In this document: positions 8,922-18,885 of the stretch, in pieces
How the letters are laid out: each line of letters begins with the position of its first letter
Position numbering within the stretch: the first letter of the stretch is position 1
Virus record (IMG/VR): IMGVR_UViG_3300008110_000371
Location: 1 to 55,375 of that record
Reading direction: 5' to 3' (one strand)
Origin: a virus
Lineage: Duplodnaviria; Caudoviricetes
Length of the DNA stretch: 55,375 bases
Made by a program: the position numbers and the translations under genes
Notes under the pieces: generated by a model
Told to the model about the DNA's origin: nothing
Database searches by the model: none
Seen by the model: the letters and a program-made list of their open reading frames with translations, nothing else

Positions 8922-9428
8922 TTAAGTTTCAGCCGAAGGTCGGCTGCCAAACGTCGTGCGAGAGCGGCGTTCAGGAGCGTTGATGCGCATCGAATCATGC
9001 GCGTTGGATTTCAACAGCTCGTTGTCAATCGCTCTTTGTTGATCGCGTGCTCGGTTCAGGTAATACGCGTTGCGTTCCTGAGCGGTTTCCTCGGGGATAC
9101 GGGCAAGGACTAAAGCGCCTACGCCAATTACACCAGCATGTCTGCCGTCTTCAATCGATGCAGAGGTGAAGTCGGGATGCTCGTCAGCCCGCACGAGTTC
9201 ATAGCCCTCGCGCAGCTTTGCTGTGACGTTCATACGGTCATCAAATCCCATCGTCTCGCGACGAATCCAGCGGTGCTTGTATCCATCCGGTGCCGGAGGA
9301 GCGTCTAATTTAGAAGGAGGTGCCCAGGGCTTACGGCGCGCAGTCTTCTCACGAGTCACTGCTGCTCGTGATTCACGGCGTAGTTTCGGCAACGCGGTTG
9401 CAGAAACATCTTGTGTTTGCTCGTCCAT
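8922..9428 (-). CDS. Conserved head-module protein
   Basis: 'W.PPSKLDAPPAPDGYKHRWIR...LREGYELVRA...GALVLARIPEE'. Confidence 0.6.
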   Translation of the reverse strand: MDEQTQDVSATALPKLRRESRAAVTREKTARRKPWAPPSKLDAPPAPDGYKHRWIRRETMGFDDRMNVTAKLREGYELVRADEHPDFTSASIEDGRHAGVIGVGALVLARIPEETAQERNAYYLNRARDQQRAIDNELLKSNAHDSMRINAPERRSRTTFGSRPSAET

Positions 9429-9431
9429 GGT

Positions 9432-10358
9432 TTATTCCTTCACGTACTTTGCGTATTCCTCTAACGGAACACCTAGTCTTTTGGCAATTGCGACCTGACT
9501 CGGGGTCAGTTTCACAGTGCGGCGTGCGCTTTGGTTCACACCCGAAGAGCGTGACGCAGGGGCAACCGTTTGCACGGGACGGTTGGCTGAACGGTTCATA
9601 CTATCAGAACGAAACTTATGTGGGAAGGCGTCTTTGATGCGTCGATCCAACTCTTCGTAGTAATCGTCGCCTCGCGGATCAAAACCTTCTTGCGATACCA
9701 GCTGAATATGGATGCCTCGGACCGCTGCCGTCATCGCAACATCCTTGCCAAACCACTCATTCTTCTCGGCCCATTCCTCAGCACGCGGATCGGGCTGCGG
9801 CTGTTGCGGACGAGCGGCTTGTTGTTGCTGATAAGCCTGTTGCTGTTGAGCCTGTGCTGCGCGCTGGTGTTCATACGCCTCACGCTGCGCGGCTTCTTCT
9901 TGCAAGCGACGCTGGTCAACAAGGATAGCGGTCAAACGCTCATGAGCTTCCGTTTCGGTGTCAATGTCACCTTCCTCACGGGCCTTTTTCATAATTTGTT
10001 TGAGTGCCAGAACTTGGGTGTCAATACGTCCCTTGGCCTCGCCCATGCGCTGCGTGTCCGCGTGCGCGTAGCGCTGCTCGGCATCGCGAATGCGAGCCTG
10101 CATCTGTTGCGCTACGCGAATCGCCTCTTGCTCACGACGCTCGGTTTCGCGCAAACGTGCGGTTAGCTTATCAATACGCTTTTGAACCTTGTCGCTGTAC
10201 TGATCAAGGTCATCGCTTGTGGTTTGTTGTTGCCTGGGTGTTTCAACCGCAGGCGGTTCAGGCTTTTCAAGCTGCTCTGCGGTGCCGTCTTCATTGATGG
10301 CAACGGTAGCAGGCTCTTCGTCTTCGCCTAGCTTAAATTCCAGTTGTTCATTGGCCAT
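9432..10358 (-). CDS. Putative scaffolding protein
   Basis: Acidic N-terminus, long coiled coil, 'DPRAEEWAEKNEWFG', C-terminal 'LTPSQVAIAKRLGVPLEEYAK'; likely start MANEQ (AAGGA SD). Confidence 0.7.
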   Translation of the reverse strand: MANEQLEFKLGEDEEPATVAINEDGTAEQLEKPEPPAVETPRQQQTTSDDLDQYSDKVQKRIDKLTARLRETERREQEAIRVAQQMQARIRDAEQRYAHADTQRMGEAKGRIDTQVLALKQIMKKAREEGDIDTETEAHERLTAILVDQRRLQEEAAQREAYEHQRAAQAQQQQAYQQQQAARPQQPQPDPRAEEWAEKNEWFGKDVAMTAAVRGIHIQLVSQEGFDPRGDDYYEELDRRIKDAFPHKFRSDSMNRSANRPVQTVAPASRSSGVNQSARRTVKLTPSQVAIAKRLGVPLEEYAKYVKE

Positions 10359-10368
10359 GGATTGTTCC

Positions 10369-10821
10369 TTACATGTGGACGATATCTTGCGGGTCATTGA
10401 TTACGCCGAGCACTTCGTCATCGTTGATAAAACGAATCTCGCCGCCGTCAATCGGGATGCGCGCGCCTGCGTAACGACCAAAGATGATCCAATCACCTTC
10501 CTTGCACCACGCACCGTCAGGAAACTTCTCCTGGTCGTAGTAGGCAAGCGGTCCTAAATGCAGCACGTAGCCCACGGTGGTAGCCACCTGGGTGCGCTTT
10601 TGGGTTTCCTCAGACAGAGCAATGCCGCCTTTGGTTTTCTGTGCGCCGCGATAAGGCAGGATAGCGATACGCCATCCGGTTGGTCGTGGCAAACGACTCA
10701 GGACGCTGCCTTCGATCAACTGCGGATCAAAGTTGCCTTCCTTGTCATACGCATCGTCCAACGCGGGCTTGCGCTGGGCTTCTTGCTCCTGCCACTTCTG
10801 TTCAAGTGCCGTTAATGCCAT
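10369..10821 (-). CDS. groES: GroES-like co-chaperonin (Cpn10)
   Basis: 'P.GWRIAI.P...KTKGGIAL...VGYVLHLGP...KEGDWIIFGRYAG....DG.EIRFINDDEVLGVI'. Confidence 0.85.
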   Translation of the reverse strand: MALTALEQKWQEQEAQRKPALDDAYDKEGNFDPQLIEGSVLSRLPRPTGWRIAILPYRGAQKTKGGIALSEETQKRTQVATTVGYVLHLGPLAYYDQEKFPDGAWCKEGDWIIFGRYAGARIPIDGGEIRFINDDEVLGVINDPQDIVHM

Positions 10822-11009
10822 CAGAGATTCTCCTCTCGCTCGTTTAAAAGATCTTTGACCGTGACCTCAACAAGCTTGAGTGCCTCTAAGCGACCCATCA
10901 GAAAACGATATCGTTCCATATCAGGAACCGATCCGTTAAGCACGAGTCCTTCCGTGCTCTCACGTAGTGTTCTAATTTCTCTCAGTATGCGTTCGACTAA
11001 GTCAAGCAT
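10821..11009 (-). CDS. Small hypothetical protein
   Basis: MLDLVERILREI...DMERYRFLMGRLEAL, a common gene upstream of phage groES; probable start ATG 11009. Confidence 0.55.
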   Translation of the reverse strand: MLDLVERILREIRTLRESTEGLVLNGSVPDMERYRFLMGRLEALKLVEVTVKDLLNEREENL

Positions 11010-11062
11010 GGTCACAGCCCATGAAAAAGCAGGTGGTTTAGCCCCCACCAGAAGGGCAGGCA

Positions 11063-11260
11063 TCAGCAAATGCGGGTTTTCTTCGTCCGCATCACTTTAC
11101 CCTGGCCACGGCTGGTCACAAGACCACCTTTGGCTTTCTTTTGTACCGATCCCATGTCGGGAGGCGAAGGCGGGGGACCTTTGTCTTCGGTGTAGACATC
11201 CTTGTCCGCTTTCTTCATGTCTTCCAGTGAAGGAAAACGCTTTTCCTTTGGTGCAGCCAT
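11063..11260 (-). CDS. Small basic protein
   Basis: 65 aa; KAKGGLV...RGQGK motif. Confidence 0.55.
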   Translation of the reverse strand: MAAPKEKRFPSLEDMKKADKDVYTEDKGPPPSPPDMGSVQKKAKGGLVTSRGQGKVMRTKKTRIC

Positions 11261-11271
11261 AATTAATGCTC

Positions 11272-11532
11272 CTAGTAGATTTTCACAGGACGATTGCCGT
11301 CCTTTTTCTTGACCGTCATAAACGGACCTTGCACACCGGCAGGGGTGCTGCCAGCCTTGTACTTACGTGACTTGCCTGCGGCGCTGTAGGCAATGGCAGC
11401 GGCTTGCTTAATTGCTTCGCCCCTGTTTTTTGGCTTACTGGTTCCGATGGAACCCGTTTCCTTGTACTTCTTGATCATCTCGCCAATGTTGCCTGAGATG
11501 ACCTTCTGGCTCTTGCCTTGTTTAAGCGGCAT
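11272..11532 (-). CDS. Small basic conserved phage protein
   Basis: MPLKQGKSQKVISGNI.EM...KQAAAIAYS.AGKS. Confidence 0.65.
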   Translation of the reverse strand: MPLKQGKSQKVISGNIGEMIKKYKETGSIGTSKPKNRGEAIKQAAAIAYSAAGKSRKYKAGSTPAGVQGPFMTVKKKDGNRPVKIY

Positions 11533-13933
11533 TGCGACTTCTCCGTTGGTTGATCGCCTGCACCTGCTGTGCGCGGCGGGCGTTTTGATCCATCATGGCT
11601 GCGCGCTCGCGCGCAACCGTAGCACGCTCGGCAGCAATGCGCTCTTGCGATTGAATACGAGCCTGATTGGCTTGTTGATTGGCCTGCGTGCGCTGCTGCT
11701 CGACCAACAGACGCTGCCTGTCGATTTGCTGCTGGGCTTGGTCGTCTTGCGCACGGATCTGGAGCTCTTTTTCTTTGAGCAAGACCAACGGATCAGGTCC
11801 CTGGCCTTGATTACCCATCAACTGGTTCTGGAGATCGCGAATCTCTTGCATGTACATGGCAGTCTTTAGCGCAATCGACGCTTCACGCTGTAAATCAGAC
11901 ACCATGCGGTCAGGATCTTTGCCATAGGCCATAAAGAGCTCGGCCTCAGTCGCTTCTTCGGCCTTCAAGCGCACATGCTCAAGGATATGCTTTTGCAAAA
12001 TCATCGCGGCCATGGGCTGCGCCTGCAACATGGGCGATAAACCCATCATCAAGTGCGATGCGATGTGCGCATCATGCTGTTGCCCTGCAAAAGCCTTCAA
12101 TTCCATTGCATCCAGCACGTCACCGTTCTCCGTTGCCGGATCTTTTGGCATTTGTGTGCGCTGCGGCTTCAAAATGCTGTCGATATCGCGCACATTCATC
12201 GCGGTATAGACGCGATAGTAGGCCTCATAGAGGTTGTGCATCTGCGGTGCGGTCTGCGCCATCTGCAACTGCATCTGGGCAAGCGTCAAACGCTGTGCTG
12301 ACGAGAAAATATTGGGATCTGAGACCGGCTGGACGGCAACAAGGTTGTTGAAGTCCGCTTTTTTGATCTTTCTCGACGCTCCTGGCACGTCATAAGGGTA
12401 CTCATCTGGCAAATACATGCCAAAGCCCTCAGCCAGCAGCTGAAACTCCTCTTTTAGAGCGTAATGCAGCCGTTTATGGATGGCCGACATGACCTGCGTG
12501 CCGCGTTCAAGCAGTGCAAGCGTCGTTCCGACCTGCGCCATTTGGTTGCCCTCGCCAACTTGCATGTCGGCGATGCTGGCAAGACGTCTTCCGGCGTCTA
12601 CACAGAACCCAAGTAGGGCAAAAAGCGTCTGCGAAGGCTCTTTGTAGGGCAAAGGCAGCATGTTTTGCTGCAATTCCGCGCCACCTACGTCAATATCGCG
12701 CCATTCTCCAGGCTGAATCGGGTTGTCTTGGTCCGCGATCCGTGCGCCTTTGGCCTTGAACCCTGCTGGAAGGTTCGATAGGGTGCCTGCATCAAGCAAT
12801 TGACGCAGTGCAGCAGTGGCCGTTTTCGATAAACCACCAACCAAATGCACAAAACCCAAGCCATACGACCCAAGGCCCTCGATTAAGACGTAGTGAACGA
12901 AGTAATTGCGCCTGTTTTTGCGCTCATCGTCCTCTTTCCAATTGCGTTTGACCCCAATAACGCGCTTGGTCGCCTCATCAATCGTGATCACATAGGGCAA
13001 TTTGATGCCTGTTGGCTCGCCTTTGTCGTCCGTGTCCTCAAATCCAGGCAAATCGTAGTCCACCTGGAACTCAAGCAAGAAGATTTCTTCGGGCGCACCG
13101 GTTTCCACGACACCCGTTTGCTTATCCACCTGATAACGGATCTGGCTTGCATCCGATGGATAGAGCTCGCTTTCCACAATCACATCCAAATACTCGCCTG
13201 CGACCACGCGCTTGCGGTATTCGTTGGAGTCCATCGCAATACGATGCGTGATCCGTGGGCATTGGCTCATGACGCTTGATCCGTAGTACGGAATAAACAC
13301 GTCATCTGCCAGCACAAGCTTCGATACCATCCGATCTAGCTGGGCATCGAAGTAAACCTTCTTGAACACCGAGCCGCCATAGCCCAGATAGAACATCGCC
13401 TGATCAAACTCAGGCGTGTATTCCTTCATGACGGTCGTGATCTGGTAGTTCATGAAGTCCTGCACGCGGCCTGCCTGCTGGAACTTGTCTAACGTCTCTT
13501 TGCCCAGGATCTCCGTGCGCACAGGGCCGTTGGCGGGCATGAGCTCCTTGGTTGCTTGCGCTTGGAACTGGACCACAGCTTCCATGAGCAAGGGGTGAGT
13601 TGCCGCTGCCGCGCCTCTGAATGGCTTGGTGCGCTCCTCAAATCTCATGCCCAAGAGCTCAAGGCCCTTGGCATAGGTCTGTTCCCAATCGGAGCGGCTG
13701 GACTTATCGGCCTCGAAGAAGGCAGAAAGGTCAATGGCGATAGCCGATAACACGTCATCGTCCAGGACTTCTGCCAGATTGGCGTAGAAGTCAACATCAT
13801 CGCCTTCGTCTTCCCCGATCTCGATCGTCGCGCCACCATCCTCATCAAGGATGATCTCGATCTCGGGCGCATCACCCGACTCGATCTCGATCGAGGTCTG
13901 CGGGGCTTCGTAGAGGGCTTTGTCGATGGGCAT
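11522..13933 (-). CDS. Portal protein (P22-like, C-terminal coiled-coil barrel)
   Basis: 803 aa; 'SR.DWEQTY.KGLELLG', 'HPLLMEAVVQFQA', 'LRQLLDAGTLSNLPAGFK'; Gln-rich C-terminus; lies between TerL and the head genes. Confidence 0.85.
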   Translation of the reverse strand: MPIDKALYEAPQTSIEIESGDAPEIEIILDEDGGATIEIGEDEGDDVDFYANLAEVLDDDVLSAIAIDLSAFFEADKSSRSDWEQTYAKGLELLGMRFEERTKPFRGAAAATHPLLMEAVVQFQAQATKELMPANGPVRTEILGKETLDKFQQAGRVQDFMNYQITTVMKEYTPEFDQAMFYLGYGGSVFKKVYFDAQLDRMVSKLVLADDVFIPYYGSSVMSQCPRITHRIAMDSNEYRKRVVAGEYLDVIVESELYPSDASQIRYQVDKQTGVVETGAPEEIFLLEFQVDYDLPGFEDTDDKGEPTGIKLPYVITIDEATKRVIGVKRNWKEDDERKNRRNYFVHYVLIEGLGSYGLGFVHLVGGLSKTATAALRQLLDAGTLSNLPAGFKAKGARIADQDNPIQPGEWRDIDVGGAELQQNMLPLPYKEPSQTLFALLGFCVDAGRRLASIADMQVGEGNQMAQVGTTLALLERGTQVMSAIHKRLHYALKEEFQLLAEGFGMYLPDEYPYDVPGASRKIKKADFNNLVAVQPVSDPNIFSSAQRLTLAQMQLQMAQTAPQMHNLYEAYYRVYTAMNVRDIDSILKPQRTQMPKDPATENGDVLDAMELKAFAGQQHDAHIASHLMMGLSPMLQAQPMAAMILQKHILEHVRLKAEEATEAELFMAYGKDPDRMVSDLQREASIALKTAMYMQEIRDLQNQLMGNQGQGPDPLVLLKEKELQIRAQDDQAQQQIDRQRLLVEQQRTQANQQANQARIQSQERIAAERATVARERAAMMDQNARRAQQVQAINQRRSRNAA

Positions 13934-13935
13934 GT

Positions 13936-16900
13936 CTAGGCCTTTTTGCGCTGGCTTACCTGCGCGAGTTTATCGAGTTGTTGCTTGGAAGTCGATGTTT
14001 CACGTGGAACATTGACGGGGCCGCCGTCCTGATAAGGAAAAGGCTCGCCTGTTAGTTTGCTGACAACATCCTTGTCTACGAAAGGTTTCTTAAGAAATAG
14101 ATTATTTGCTGTCAAAAGTTTCCTGAGCTCATCATCAGACAGGCCAGAAGGAAGCTTGCTTCTGCCTCCAAAATCAATGATGTTTTTGACCTCAACGCTT
14201 TTGACGTTTGGATCTTTTTGCGCCTCTTTAAATTCTTTACTGGTTTCAAAAAATTCATCCCACTGCTCGCCTTTGGCATCAAGCACAACCTTAGGCCTGC
14301 GAGTCAGGACAGGAATGATAAAGCCCCTGTCTCCTGAGTACGATTCTGCAATCGTTGGGCTTTCCGTTAACCAAACACCACCTTTGGTATTTGCTTTTGT
14401 GACATCCCTGTCTCCAGGTTGACGTGACACAGTGCCAGCACGACTCCATGGTCTACCTTGTTTAGCATCTCTTAGCGCTAGCTCAATGGCGTCAGGTCGT
14501 TTTTGATATTCATAAACCGCCTCAAGGTATTCGTACGTAGGAGGTTTCTCAAACCCTCCTCCAGGATCCTTCTTGCCACGCAACCACGTACGGTCAACAT
14601 CAATACCTTGTTCCTTAAGTCGGTTCATCAGTTCTTTGACTGAAAACTGTTCAGCCTCGGCAACATCAAGGCCTCTTCCCTTAAAGGCCGTGGAACCCCT
14701 TGCTTTGTCAAGCATGCCAAGAAGTCCCTTTCGGCCTATCATGCCAACAGCAGCCAGGGGCGTTGGAGTAGCCGCAATCCGATAGGCCTCTGTAGGATTT
14801 GTCTCATCGTACGGTCCCATACCAACAAGGGCACGCATGCCTTCACGAATGTCTTTGCGAACCTTTTCCGCATCCTCGTTTTTTTGGGGCAACTTGCCTC
14901 GGCGGTAACTTTCCTGTTGCGCCGTCTTCAAACGATTAAGCATGCGTTGAGACTCTGAACGCATCTCAGCGTTCTCATCGATCAACCTGCCTTCAGCATC
15001 AAGCTGGGGGACTTCTGCTGTGTTGGGCGATGCTGTTTCACGTGAAACATCACCGCCCTCCTGGAATCCAGGAGGAATGGGGGGAACAAGAGGATCCTCT
15101 AATCCGGAGGGCTCTTTATAGGAAATACCACCTGTTCTTCTAAAGGCTGCGTAAGGATCTACATTGCCTTCTGGAGTAAAACCGACATTGGTTTGAAATC
15201 GTGCAAGGGGCTGGTTTTCGATGATACTGCGAATGTTTTGGGCAATGTCTTGAACTTGACTACCCGTCTCGGGCTGCTTCAACATGGTTGCAAAAGCATT
15301 GGCGGTTTCGCCAACTTGCGTAGGTGTCACTCCCTCCAGGCCTTGTAACTGCTCCATGCCAAGCCGTAAAGAACCAAGCCCTGATTGGGGCACAAGGCTG
15401 GGAACATCTTGCAATGTGCGTAGGGTTGCTTCAAAAGAAGCAGGATCGTAAGCCTGCAAGTTGCGTAACGATTGGACTGGATCGATGTCGCCGGTAATTT
15501 GATCGACAGACATCGTATTAGCAAGCCTCTGGTTTAAAACATTGCTCTCTTGCAGAGCGATCAACTGATCAAGCGCGGTCAACTCAGGCGTGGACCTAAG
15601 TTGATTGCGATCAAAGCGGTCAATCATCTCAACAACGCCGGGGTCTGCAAAGCCTGCGCCAAGCCCTTTGTCGCTTAAGCCGGGAGTATAGTCAAGCGGA
15701 TTTGTGGGCGATGCTGTTCCACGTGAAACATCACCGCCCGACTGCTTTTTTATGAAATCCTCCGTGCTGGCTTCACCGCCCTTGCTAAAGAACGCCGTGG
15801 CATACGGGCTTTGCAACGCGCCCATTCCTAAAAGAGGCGACGTTCGCCCCTCCTTCCTGCCATAGGTATCAAAGTGATAAAGCTCGTAGTCCCTTAGCGT
15901 GGGGAACTTTGCTTTGTCCTCGGGCTTGAGCTTGGCATAGGCCGCAGCAATATCCGGGTACTGCTCCGAGTAGCTCTTAGGCGTCTGTTGCTCGGCCAGG
16001 GACGTAAGTGCTGCGCGGTTCCTGGCAAGGAAGGGATCAAACGCCGCTGCAAGATCCGAGGCAAACGCACTTTGCCCGTACTGGACACGCAAGGCGGGAT
16101 CGGCTTTGGTCGGGTCGTACTTTTGCTGCTCAATGTCCCTGAAGCGCAACTTATTTTGCAGCATGGGATCTTCGCCGCTCATCACAAAATCACGAAACGC
16201 CGCCGCTGCACTTGTGGGCGCTTGGGCCGGGAGGCTTTTATCACCAGCTGCTGCCCGTGCGTAAAGCTGCCTGAACTGGTTATCCAGCGTTGACCGATCC
16301 CGCGCAAACTGTTGGCTTGCCGACAAAGGCAAACGCATCTGGCCTGTGACCGGATCGACCATGACTCCCGGTACATCGCCAATGTTAAGCGGCGATCGTG
16401 GGCGGCTCGTGATGCCTGGAGGCGTCCACTTAAAAACATTCGTTCCCGTGGCAGGTGTGAGCTTGGCAGCAGGGCTGTAGTTATAACCCGTGATGCGACC
16501 GAAGCGATCATAGGTCGCGGTTCTCGGTGCAGAGGCCCTGAACTCGGTATCAAGCTGGGGGATTGCGACGCGCTCGCTCTGTGGAATAGCCTTTACGATC
16601 GCGGTGCTCGGATCAAGGCCCTCTTGTCCTGGGGTTAAGGCAGGGGGCGGTGCTTCGGGAGGCGGTGCTGTAGGTGGGACAAAAATATCCGTGAGCGGTG
16701 GCAGATCAGAGGGTGGTTGAAAAAGGAGGAGATCATTACCCTGTGCGCCCTTGATCGTATCATTGCCTTGGCCGCCCGCCACCGTCGTAATAACAGGAGG
16801 TGGTTTTTGATTGACGTCATAAAGATCATTCAAGAGCTGACTTGCCGTTTTACCCGTTGCACGGACTAAGTCCTGCTCATTAAAGCCGCCAATCCCTGTC

Positions 16901-18885
16901 TCTGGGTCGTAGGCTCCCAGCTGCTGTGTCAGCACATCACCCAGTTGCTCCCTGGTCATTTTCGCTGCAACCTGATCCTGGATAAAGTCCCGGATGTTTG
17001 CGGACATGCCTTCAAGACCACCGACACCACGGCCAGGGGCATCGGTTGCACCGATGTCAGGATTCAATAGCGCATGGACAGCGGCTCCCGAGTACTGCGT
17101 CCCGGCCAACGCGTCACGGACGTCCTTGTCCGAAATGCCATACTTCTCCATCTCGGCGCGCACTTCGGCAGCATTAAGGTCCGCACCTTGCGTATTGACA
17201 AAGTTTCGGATGTTTTCGTAGTACTTGGCAGCACCTATGCCACCTTCGCCCGTAGCGTACTTAAGTCCTGATGACACGTCGCCGCCGTCAGCAAACCGTT
17301 GCAGCATTTGTCGAGCTTTACTCTCCTCGTTCTTATCGACTGAACCGCCACTGGCAAAGCCAAAAGGCGCGAAAAAAGGACGCTCTTCTGTGTACCCAGG
17401 CATCCCTGGCTCTCCCTTAACGCCTTTAAGTCGTTTGCTCAAATTTTCATAAAGTTCTTGCATACGATCAACTTGCGTCTGGTAAGGGCTTGTGCGTGGA
17501 ATATCTTTAAGCAACGTCGTTGTGGGCACAGGTTGTGCAAAAGGCGTATCAGTTCTTTCGGTTCCTTGGCCGCTAACCTGTTGATAGGGCTGGAAACCAA
17601 AAAACGTATCATTAACACCTGGGGTGATACCTTGACTCTTTAACAACGAGCTGATGTTCTCACTAAATTTGGGCGAAAGGCGTTGTGCATCCCCCAGCAA
17701 GTCCTGTGCTCTGTAATTGCCCCCAACAAGAAAATTCCCTTTTTGGTCAACAATACCGCGCTCGACAAACCCTTTGGGGTCTCGAAGTGACACCACACCG
17801 TAACCTGTCGTAGGATCCCTGTAAACCGAATCCAGGACGTTGCCTTGTCCGTAATTTTGTTGATAAACCTTACTTTCCCATAGCTGCTGAGATGCTGGTG
17901 CTGCTTGTTCTGTTTGATAAGCACCCTGTGCTTCTTGCACCGCCGATGAAACCGGATCAAACAACTCAGGTCGCTGACGTTGCAGCATTTGATAGTTTGG
18001 GTTTTCTTTCATCAAGCGTTGAGCTTGATCAAACCATTCCATCTTATTTGGCGATAGCGCCTCTTCTTGCTGACGCAGTGCATTGACGCGCTGCAACATA
18101 CCCAAGGCCGTTACATCCTGTGATTTACGCAAACTATCCGCATAGGCTGCTTGTTCTTCAGGCGATAACCCCTGGGATACCCCTGGTATGGGTCGGTCAC
18201 TTCGATAAGCTTTTCCATCAGGACCCTTGACCATGAAGTAACGCTCACCCGTGGCTTCGTCCGTAAAAAGCTGGTTTGCCTCGCCGCCATCAGCAAAACG
18301 CTGCAACATGCGTCTTGCTTCACTTACCTCACCGCCTCCTGCCAACCGAACAAGACCAAAACGACCCTCTAGGGGAATCACATTTTGATTTCCACCAAAC
18401 CCGCCACCCATGCTTCCGTAACCGCTACCGTAAGGCGAGGGCTGCGAAAAAGTGCTACGCGTATTCGTATAAGGAGAGGAGGCACTTGATAAGGGTGATT
18501 GATTCAAAGGAATTGGAGCCGCTTGTTGTTGAAAAGGATTAACAGGTGCTGTCACGTTACCTTGGATCACGGCTCCAGGTCCAAGGGCATTTTGCATCTG
18601 TAAGCGCAGCTGTTGCTGTTGCTGTTGTTGTGCTGCCGCACGTCGAGCCAGAACCTCCTGGCCACTTTGTTCCTGGAACTGTTGGGCATAGGGCTGAATT
18701 GCCTGTTGAAAAGCAGCGGCTGCACCTTGGATGTCCTGCAAACTAAAAGGGCTATTGCCTCGCACAAAAGCATCGTTCAGCTCGCTGAACTGTTGGCTCA
18801 AGTTTGTAACGTTTGCATATGTCGGGTTAGCTGTAAAAAGCTGTGCAAAATTAGGCAGGGCAGTAGGGTTGCCGGACGTGCTCAT
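13936..18885 (-). CDS. Giant modular (polyvalent-like) putative virion/ejected protein with a possible C-terminal ADP-ribosyltransferase-like domain
   Basis: 1649-aa ORF; segments separated by GG motifs; 'YPDIAAAY...HFDTYGRKEGR' repeat-like motif; C-terminal 'RG...GVWLTESPTIAESYS...IIPVL...VKNIID'. Confidence 0.6.
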   Translation of the reverse strand: MSTSGNPTALPNFAQLFTANPTYANVTNLSQQFSELNDAFVRGNSPFSLQDIQGAAAAFQQAIQPYAQQFQEQSGQEVLARRAAAQQQQQQQLRLQMQNALGPGAVIQGNVTAPVNPFQQQAAPIPLNQSPLSSASSPYTNTRSTFSQPSPYGSGYGSMGGGFGGNQNVIPLEGRFGLVRLAGGGEVSEARRMLQRFADGGEANQLFTDEATGERYFMVKGPDGKAYRSDRPIPGVSQGLSPEEQAAYADSLRKSQDVTALGMLQRVNALRQQEEALSPNKMEWFDQAQRLMKENPNYQMLQRQRPELFDPVSSAVQEAQGAYQTEQAAPASQQLWESKVYQQNYGQGNVLDSVYRDPTTGYGVVSLRDPKGFVERGIVDQKGNFLVGGNYRAQDLLGDAQRLSPKFSENISSLLKSQGITPGVNDTFFGFQPYQQVSGQGTERTDTPFAQPVPTTTLLKDIPRTSPYQTQVDRMQELYENLSKRLKGVKGEPGMPGYTEERPFFAPFGFASGGSVDKNEESKARQMLQRFADGGDVSSGLKYATGEGGIGAAKYYENIRNFVNTQGADLNAAEVRAEMEKYGISDKDVRDALAGTQYSGAAVHALLNPDIGATDAPGRGVGGLEGMSANIRDFIQDQVAAKMTREQLGDVLTQQLGAYDPETGIGGFNEQDLVRATGKTASQLLNDLYDVNQKPPPVITTVAGGQGNDTIKGAQGNDLLLFQPPSDLPPLTDIFVPPTAPPPEAPPPALTPGQEGLDPSTAIVKAIPQSERVAIPQLDTEFRASAPRTATYDRFGRITGYNYSPAAKLTPATGTNVFKWTPPGITSRPRSPLNIGDVPGVMVDPVTGQMRLPLSASQQFARDRSTLDNQFRQLYARAAAGDKSLPAQAPTSAAAAFRDFVMSGEDPMLQNKLRFRDIEQQKYDPTKADPALRVQYGQSAFASDLAAAFDPFLARNRAALTSLAEQQTPKSYSEQYPDIAAAYAKLKPEDKAKFPTLRDYELYHFDTYGRKEGRTSPLLGMGALQSPYATAFFSKGGEASTEDFIKKQSGGDVSRGTASPTNPLDYTPGLSDKGLGAGFADPGVVEMIDRFDRNQLRSTPELTALDQLIALQESNVLNQRLANTMSVDQITGDIDPVQSLRNLQAYDPASFEATLRTLQDVPSLVPQSGLGSLRLGMEQLQGLEGVTPTQVGETANAFATMLKQPETGSQVQDIAQNIRSIIENQPLARFQTNVGFTPEGNVDPYAAFRRTGGISYKEPSGLEDPLVPPIPPGFQEGGDVSRETASPNTAEVPQLDAEGRLIDENAEMRSESQRMLNRLKTAQQESYRRGKLPQKNEDAEKVRKDIREGMRALVGMGPYDETNPTEAYRIAATPTPLAAVGMIGRKGLLGMLDKARGSTAFKGRGLDVAEAEQFSVKELMNRLKEQGIDVDRTWLRGKKDPGGGFEKPPTYEYLEAVYEYQKRPDAIELALRDAKQGRPWSRAGTVSRQPGDRDVTKANTKGGVWLTESPTIAESYSGDRGFIIPVLTRRPKVVLDAKGEQWDEFFETSKEFKEAQKDPNVKSVEVKNIIDFGGRSKLPSGLSDDELRKLLTANNLFLKKPFVDKDVVSKLTGEPFPYQDGGPVNVPRETSTSKQQLDKLAQVSQRKKA
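13996..14011. promoter_or_regulatory. parS: parS site (ParB-binding centromere motif)
   Basis: TGTTTCACGTGGAACA; reverse complement TGTTCCACGTGAAACA matches consensus TGTTNCACGTGAAACA. Confidence 0.75.
15034..15049. promoter_or_regulatory. parS: parS site (perfect palindrome)
   Basis: TGTTTCACGTGAAACA, an exact match to the bacterial chromosomal parS consensus. Confidence 0.8.
15715..15730. promoter_or_regulatory. parS: parS site
   Basis: TGTTCCACGTGAAACA matches TGTTNCACGTGAAACA. Confidence 0.75.
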
